A stretch of 19,119 nt of DNA from Armatimonadota bacterium (GTDB lineage Bacteria; Armatimonadota; UBA5829; DTLH01): NCBI GenBank assembly GCA_038207085.1, contig JBBRAE010000046.1, forward strand, positions 1 to 19,119. The letters are read 5' to 3'. Each line of letters starts with the position of its first letter. The first letter of the stretch is position 1. This document shows, piece by piece, positions 14,221 through 19,119 of the stretch. A program made the position numbers and the translations under genes. Below the pieces are notes generated by a model that made no database searches, was not told the DNA's origin, and worked only from the letters and a program-made list of their open reading frames with translations.

Positions 14221-15318
14221 TCAGTCAGCTTCTTCGCAAGAACCGAATGTAAAGGCATATATGGCGAAGGAATCCGAGTTGGAAGAGAGCTTCAACTCGT
14301 GGGTTCCAAACTCGCGGTTCTCGACGATCTTGTACATCCGAGGCTGGTCTACGGTTATGCGACTCTGCCCCTCGGCCAGGAACACATCCGGGCCTGCGTC
14401 GGCGGGGTCGATCGGGTGGCCGTCCTGAGTTACGATCACCTCATACTCGCCGCCTTCGGGACGCATCACGGCGTTTACGTCGAGCGCGTGGTAGCGGATG
14501 GCGATATAGTCCTCGGGTTGCACGGTCTTGTCCGCGTGTCTCAGGCACTCGGCATCGTTGTAGAATAGCCCGCTTGCGTAGATTTTGCCGTCGATGTGGC
14601 CACCGGGGTCGGTGTAGTCGACGATCTCGTCGTCGCGATAGCCCTCCGGGCTGCCCATGTTGCCTCGCCGATAGCCAACGTAAAGTTCAGGGGTCATGGG
14701 GTAGCAGACCGCACCCGGTTTGTTGGCCCCTGTCGCGGGAGTCATAGGCTTCGGCAGTTTGACTGTGGGGTTGATCTCCCGAAGCGCCTGCTGGATCATC
14801 GCCTCAGTTTCTCCGTAAGCGCCCTCTCCGGCGTGATCATAGATAATCTTGCCGTCTGGCCCGACCAGGAACTTGTGCGGCCAGTAGCGGTTGGCATAGA
14901 CGTTCCAGTTTTCATAGTCCGGGTCTAACAATACAGGATAATCTATAGCAAACATATCCACAGCCTCCTGTACAACTTCGTGCTTTTTCGCGAAGCCGAA
15001 CTCAGGTGTGTGGATGCCTACGACCACCAGACCCTTGTCTTTGTAACGGTCGTGCCACTCTCGGACGTAGGGAAGCGTCCTTATGCAGTTGACGCATGTA
15101 TAGTCCCAGAAGTCTATCAGATAGACAACACCTGTCCTCGCATCAAGGGACTTCCCGCCGGTGTTCATCCAACTCTCAGGCCCGCCTATCAACGGAGGCA
15201 TGTTCTTCAGCTTGCGCTGGGACTCTGCCGCTTTATCTGCCGAGCCACCGCGTCCGATCATACCTACTAAAAGCGGCGATGCCAGCATCGCTATAGTGGA
15301 GATTGTGATTATTGGCAT
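14221..15318 (-). CDS. TlpA/ResA-like thioredoxin-fold thiol-disulfide oxidoreductase (CVNC active site) with ~230-aa C-terminal extension of unknown function; membrane-anchored
   Basis: Start at ATG 15318 (MPIITISTIAMLASPLLVGMIG) with GAGGTG SD 6 nt upstream. ...VYLIDFWDYTCVNCIRTLPYVREWHDRYKDKGLVVVGIHTPEF... is a redoxin CxxC motif. Confidence 0.8.
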   Translation of the reverse strand: MPIITISTIAMLASPLLVGMIGRGGSADKAAESQRKLKNMPPLIGGPESWMNTGGKSLDARTGVVYLIDFWDYTCVNCIRTLPYVREWHDRYKDKGLVVVGIHTPEFGFAKKHEVVQEAVDMFAIDYPVLLDPDYENWNVYANRYWPHKFLVGPDGKIIYDHAGEGAYGETEAMIQQALREINPTVKLPKPMTPATGANKPGAVCYPMTPELYVGYRRGNMGSPEGYRDDEIVDYTDPGGHIDGKIYASGLFYNDAECLRHADKTVQPEDYIAIRYHALDVNAVMRPEGGEYEVIVTQDGHPIDPADAGPDVFLAEGQSRITVDQPRMYKIVENREFGTHELKLSSNSDSFAIYAFTFGSCEEAD

Positions 15319-15347
15319 AGCGGTCACCTCAGTTCTTGTTGTCATAC

Positions 15348-15367
15348 CCATTGGGTAGAGCCAATGG
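15348..15367. promoter_or_regulatory. Perfect palindrome CCATTGG-gtagag-CCAATGG, 30-50 nt upstream of the thioredoxin-like gene start; same half-sites as the RRM-gene promoter palindrome
   Basis: Read directly. The second copy is at 9350-9369 (CCATTGG-N7-CCAATG). Confidence 0.35.
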
Positions 15368-15589
15368 TATTTTATCCAAGGAGACGCAACTAGCAAGTCC
15401 AAGAGCCGAAAGCAGGGGTATAGCCGGGGTCGGTCAGAGTTGGGTTTCGCCGACAATTGTCATGCCGCAAATCAGCAAGCAGAAACTAGTAGGTGAGGTA
15501 GTTGGCAGGCGCACAATGAGATGCTCCGCGTTCCACCACGGCCCACAGGGGACTTGCACCCATTAGGCGCAGGAACTTCTGACGTACAC

Positions 15590-15622
15590 AAAAAAGGGCT
15601 GCTCGAGTGAACGGACAGCCCT
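15590..15622 (-). terminator. Rho-independent terminator for the PEP-CTERM gene (minus strand): stem agggctg / cagccct, 14-nt loop, then TTTTTTGTG
   Basis: Stem 15616-15622 / 15595-15601. The A-run 15590-15595 on the + strand is the T-tract on the minus strand. Sits 19 nt after the stop. Confidence 0.65.
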
Positions 15623-15640
15623 GTCACGTCTTCTGATAAT

Positions 15641-16204
15641 CTATTTGCGTCTAAGCTTCAGTCCAACAAGTCCCATAAGACCCGTTGCGAGCGCCAAAAC
15701 GCTAGCAGGCTCAGGAACAGGGGAAGGACCGAACGTCTGGCCACTGTATCCATAGCTGTCCTGCGAAGATGCAAAGGCAGTCTTGGACGTGTCGGGAGCG
15801 AGGGTGCTGCGGAAGGACACGATAATGGGTGTGCCGCCAACCGAGACCGGTCGCAGAGCGCTGCCCTCACCCTGGGCGACCCACCAGATCATGTTCTCTT
15901 CGCCGGCCCACACGCTGTGCGACCAACCAGTGGGATCGGTGATGGCGGTGAAGCCAGTAACTGGCGTTTCATTCGCAAATGTCAGACTGAACCCGACAAT
16001 GCTGTCGCGCTGAGTGTCGTTTGCGAGGGTGTATGAGTAGATGTACCCCCCCCCGTCTGCCACGCAGTCAGGCGTGATACTGAGAGTTCCAGTTGACCCT
16101 GCTGCGTACATCGTCGTTGCTACCCATCCCGCAGGCGCGGCAAAGGCAACACACGAAAGAGCAACTAGAACGACCGCTGCGATACTTACAACAATCCTAT
16201 TCAT
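15641..16204 (-). CDS. PEP-CTERM sorting-domain secreted protein
   Basis: Start ATG 16204 (MNRIVVSIAAVVLVALSCVAFA) with AAGGAGG SD. C-terminus ...PSPVPEPASVLALATGLMGLVGLKLRRK is the PEP motif plus TM plus basic tail. Confidence 0.85.
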   Translation of the reverse strand: MNRIVVSIAAVVLVALSCVAFAAPAGWVATTMYAAGSTGTLSITPDCVADGGGYIYSYTLANDTQRDSIVGFSLTFANETPVTGFTAITDPTGWSHSVWAGEENMIWWVAQGEGSALRPVSVGGTPIIVSFRSTLAPDTSKTAFASSQDSYGYSGQTFGPSPVPEPASVLALATGLMGLVGLKLRRK

Positions 16205-16285
16205 TAATCTATTTCCTCCTTTACTTGTGTTATGGGTTTGGATTAGAACATTGAGCACGTAGACTCAATTCAAAGTTCGTGTAAG

Positions 16286-17101
16286 TTAGGCTGTCCGCCG
16301 CTTTCGCAAAACACACGGCCCCAGCAACCGGACAAGTCCAAGTATTCCAGTCGATGATAGCCAAGTAGGCAATTCAGGCACCACGGTGTCAGCACCGTTG
16401 ATATTGTGTCCATTTGCTACTATCTCAGGCCCATAGGTGTGTCCGGATAGACTCATTGATGCATCGATAACATACTGATTGAAGATATCCGGAGAGAGAT
16501 TACTGATGTAGCTAAACTCAACAGCAGTCCCTGGACGCAGCCCCGGATTGCCAGTGGATTGGGCAACACCATCAGCGTTCAACACTGTGTTTGTCCACCA
16601 TATCTCATCCCTTACTGGATGTCCAAGAGTAGTAAGTTTTTTGGAGTCCCACTCTTCATGACGCCATGTGTATACAGCGACTGGGTTGGTACTCGAACTA
16701 TTGAATGGCTGTTTCAGATCTATGGGTTCAAACCTCGTGACCTGATCACTAATCGTCCAGCCACTAAAATTCAGCAGACCGTTAAACGTCATGCTGAACG
16801 AGTGAAGCGGCCGGATGTCCTGCCCGGCGTAAAAGTCTGTTGGCATATACAGACAGTATCGGTAATCATACCCTGAGCCCACTTGAGTATATTTAGCACC
16901 CAGAGACAACCATCTGCTCGTATCAATAGTATTTTCGTTTATTCTGGAGTATAGATTTGCGCCCAACCAAGTATTCGGAGCCCACGTGTCACAGTAGCCA
17001 TTCCTTGCGACTGCTAGTGTGAGCAACGTTACCGCCAACGCGACCAGCGCTGCGCGCAGTGTTAAGCATCGGTATAAACGGTTGTCTCTTTCACCTAACA
17101 T
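16286..17101 (-). CDS. Secreted hypothetical protein with degenerate PEP-CTERM-like C-terminal anchor (VPELPTW...TM...RKRR)
   Basis: N-terminal signal-like LRAALVALAVTLLTLAVA. C-terminus VVPELPTWLSSTGILGLVRLLGPCVLRKRRTA. SD GGGGGA before the ATG. Confidence 0.7.
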   Translation of the reverse strand: MLGERDNRLYRCLTLRAALVALAVTLLTLAVARNGYCDTWAPNTWLGANLYSRINENTIDTSRWLSLGAKYTQVGSGYDYRYCLYMPTDFYAGQDIRPLHSFSMTFNGLLNFSGWTISDQVTRFEPIDLKQPFNSSSTNPVAVYTWRHEEWDSKKLTTLGHPVRDEIWWTNTVLNADGVAQSTGNPGLRPGTAVEFSYISNLSPDIFNQYVIDASMSLSGHTYGPEIVANGHNINGADTVVPELPTWLSSTGILGLVRLLGPCVLRKRRTA

Positions 17102-17181
17102 CTAATTCCCCCTTCACAACGACACGTCAGCGCTGTCGGAAACGAGCATACCTCCGCGGGCCAGTCTCGATGGTTACAAAC

Positions 17182-17739
17182 TTACTTTCTTCGCCGAATC
17201 ATCGGCAGGCCAATACCAGCGATGCCGGCGAAAAGCGCGGCAAGAGTTCCAGGCTCAGGAGCCGCCGGGCCGTAGGTGTTTCCACTGAAACCATAGTAGG
17301 TGCCCTGCGAAGACACATTCACATTCTGCACCGGTGACGGGCCGTAGACCGAGGTAAACCCGAAGGTCTTTGTCTGGCCGACGGCGATTCGGTCAACTGA
17401 CGTAGCGCTAGGGCCCAAGCTCCATCCGATCTTGTTGTCTCCGTTGGTGGTTCGCACAACAAACGTCCAGTTGGACGGAGCGACAATGTAGGTCAACTCC
17501 GACACCGGAACATCTGCCGAGAACACCAGAGTAAAGCCGTACACGGACCCACGCGACCCGAGGTTGGTCAGATCGTAGGAGTAGGCGTAACCACCGGTGA
17601 TCTGGGTGCAGTGAGGCGTTACCTGAAGTGAATCAGCGGTTCCGATAGCAGTCAATGTTGATGTATCCCAAACAGGAACATCGGCGTGCGCTGCGCACGC
17701 AACCACGAGCAGAGCGAGTAAGACAACCATTCTTTTCAA
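17182..17739 (-). CDS. PEP-CTERM sorting-domain secreted protein (paralog of 15641..16204)
   Basis: TTG start 17739 with GGAGG SD 8 nt upstream (MKRMVVLLALLVVACAAHA). C-terminus ...GPAAPEPGTLAALFAGIAGIGLPMIRRRK. Shares TP(D/H)C...GGY(I/A)YSY(T/D)L and G(Y/F)SG(Q/N)T(F/Y)GP blocks with the paralog. Confidence 0.85.
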   Translation of the reverse strand: MKRMVVLLALLVVACAAHADVPVWDTSTLTAIGTADSLQVTPHCTQITGGYAYSYDLTNLGSRGSVYGFTLVFSADVPVSELTYIVAPSNWTFVVRTTNGDNKIGWSLGPSATSVDRIAVGQTKTFGFTSVYGPSPVQNVNVSSQGTYYGFSGNTYGPAAPEPGTLAALFAGIAGIGLPMIRRRK

Positions 17740-18101
17740 AACTGTTTTCCTCCGTTCCGTTAATGCGTAGTGAATGGGGCTTTTATTGTTACCTGCTCCG
17801 TAGCGTTGACCTAGCCCCTGGTCCGCCGCAGTTATTGCCTTTATTCTGGGTCTTGCCCGCAGACTGAAGCAAGGCTTCAGTTTGCATTGTGTGAATTGTA
17901 CCAGTATGCCGAAGGATCCTATGCTTGCTCACATTCACACACTTGCAGTATACACGGTAATATTCACAAAGTGATATATGACAAGGTGCCAATTATGGCC
18001 GATTTATTATGACTGAGATCAGTGATACCGGCTGCCAAGCCTGGACTAGCACCCAAATTGGATGCTTCTGCGGCAAGAGCGACCGCAGGTGAGGTGCTGA
18101 G

Positions 18102-18818
18102 CTATCCCACACCCCATCGGGACCGGTTGATAGCCTCAGCGAGATCATTGTATCTCGGCATCAACTCGCACCGGGATGACACTTTCAGGTGCCGGAAGAT
18201 ATTTCCCACGTGGGTCTTCACAGTGCTTACAGACACACAAAGCTGGTCGCCAATCTCTTTGTTTGTCAGCCCCTTCACCAGTAGCTCGAGCACCTGAGAC
18301 TCCCGCCTGGACAGGTCCTTACGCCCCTCGACCGCCTGGCTGTCATCTACCATGCCCGGCATTCCATCATCAACCAGAAGCTTGAGAGCAGAACAGCATA
18401 CGCGCTGGTCGTAGACAACCTCGCCATCTATTACGGCCCGGATAGTTCGCAGGAGGTGAGCAAGGGACCTGGTCTTGACGATATAGCCATCAGCACCAGA
18501 CTTGATGGCGTAGATAAGCATGAGCTCGTCTTCTGATGGGGAGATTACCACGACTTTCGTCTCAGGAGAGGACTTCTTGAGGTCGCTTACCAACTGTATA
18601 CCAGAATCGTCGTCTGGCGCTATCGCCACAACGACCATACTTATGTCGTTTTCCGAAACCATCTGCCTCGCGGTCTGAACGCAGCCAACGTCAGCGACTA
18701 TATCGATATCAGGCTGTTCAGAGAGCACGCGGGCAGCGCTTTCTCTGAACATAGTCTCACCGTCGACTAACATGACCTTGGTAGTCGAGATCAGCTCAAT
18801 CGCAGCATCAATTACCAT
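18102..18818 (-). CDS. LuxR/NarL-family response regulator (REC plus HTH_LuxR) with atypical receiver domain
   Basis: [51 protein letters not shown]-like N-domain KVMLVDGET...VVVISPSED...GADGYIVK. Start set at ATG 18818 ([20 protein letters not shown]) with GGGGGA SD. The ORF-track start 18911 adds 31 residues. Confidence 0.8.
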   Translation of the reverse strand: MVIDAAIELISTTKVMLVDGETMFRESAARVLSEQPDIDIVADVGCVQTARQMVSENDISMVVVAIAPDDDSGIQLVSDLKKSSPETKVVVISPSEDELMLIYAIKSGADGYIVKTRSLAHLLRTIRAVIDGEVVYDQRVCCSALKLLVDDGMPGMVDDSQAVEGRKDLSRRESQVLELLVKGLTNKEIGDQLCVSVSTVKTHVGNIFRHLKVSSRCELMPRYNDLAEAINRSRWGVG

Positions 18819-19119
18819 TTTATTGGGGTCCCCCTTCGCGCACTGTTCTGCTACGATCCACCACTGCATTGTCGACAGTAGACACGAGCACTCCAGCTTG
18901 AGACACACCATTTCGCATGGTGCACATCTGGAGTATACATAGTGTGTGCTTGTTTGTCAATTGCAAGTATTGCCAGGTCAGGAGCATCGTTTTTAGCTGA
19001 GTTTTGGGGAGAATTCGTCGGTCGATGTGTGCCGAGCAGAGATGGAAGGGTGTTTGGCGGGGTGCATTGAGCGTGTTTGGGTATAGAATGGGGATTTGGT
19101 GTGTGCGATCGCAGTCCTT

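Noticed and set aside
14299-15358. Plus-strand ORFs antisense to the thioredoxin-like gene, and N-terminal extension 15319..15456 of that gene
   Set aside because: The CxxC-containing frame is clearly the real one. The upstream extension lacks an RBS, whereas ATG 15318 has GAGGTG and begins a signal/anchor helix.
17059-17337. 92-aa + ORF spanning the gap between two PEP-CTERM-region genes; also 16559..16876 +
   Set aside because: Overlaps ends of minus-strand genes. No RBS. Basic, low-complexity translation.
18912-19119. Terminal 200 bp scanned for promoter, sRNA or start of another gene
   Set aside because: Only GT-rich sequence without a convincing hexamer pair, hairpin or ORF start. Window end prevents interpretation.

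Overview
Window from a fairly GC-rich bacterial genome with no rRNA, CRISPR array or transposase. A secretome of prepilin-like DUF1559 and PEP-CTERM proteins hints at a PVC-superphylum or Armatimonadota-like organism; this is weak inference. Three blocks stand out. (1) A same-strand membrane-remodelling cluster on the minus strand (approx 7766 down to 1612): PspA/IM30, two tandem NfeD/YqiJ-like membrane proteins, an SPFH/flotillin, a highly structured 325-nt spacer, and a Ycf46-type classic-clade AAA+ ATPase. I read this as a candidate PspA/flotillin membrane-maintenance system with its own ATPase. (2) A small, apparently acquired block: an AbiEi/AbiEii type IV toxin-antitoxin pair with ATGA start/stop overlap and a consensus sigma70 promoter plus operator-like inverted repeat; an initiator tRNA-fMet (CAT); and a stand-alone phosphoribosyltransferase (PRTase)-domain protein with a leaderless-type promoter. 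(3) A periplasmic folding set (TlpA-like thioredoxin with a long C-terminal extension and two secreted cyclophilins), PEP-CTERM-type secreted proteins, and a LuxR-family response regulator whose receiver domain appears to lack the phospho-acceptor Asp. Other features: a secreted DUF4139-like protein, a glycine-rich RRM RNA-binding protein with a long 5' UTR and tandem terminators, a Gly/Tyr-rich low-complexity secreted protein, and several intrinsic-terminator hairpins. The palindrome CCATTGG-N6/7-CCAATG(G) occurs upstream of two unrelated genes. Several six-frame ORF starts were corrected using RBS and signal-peptide logic. All family assignments are from reading motifs by eye and need HMM or BLAST confirmation.
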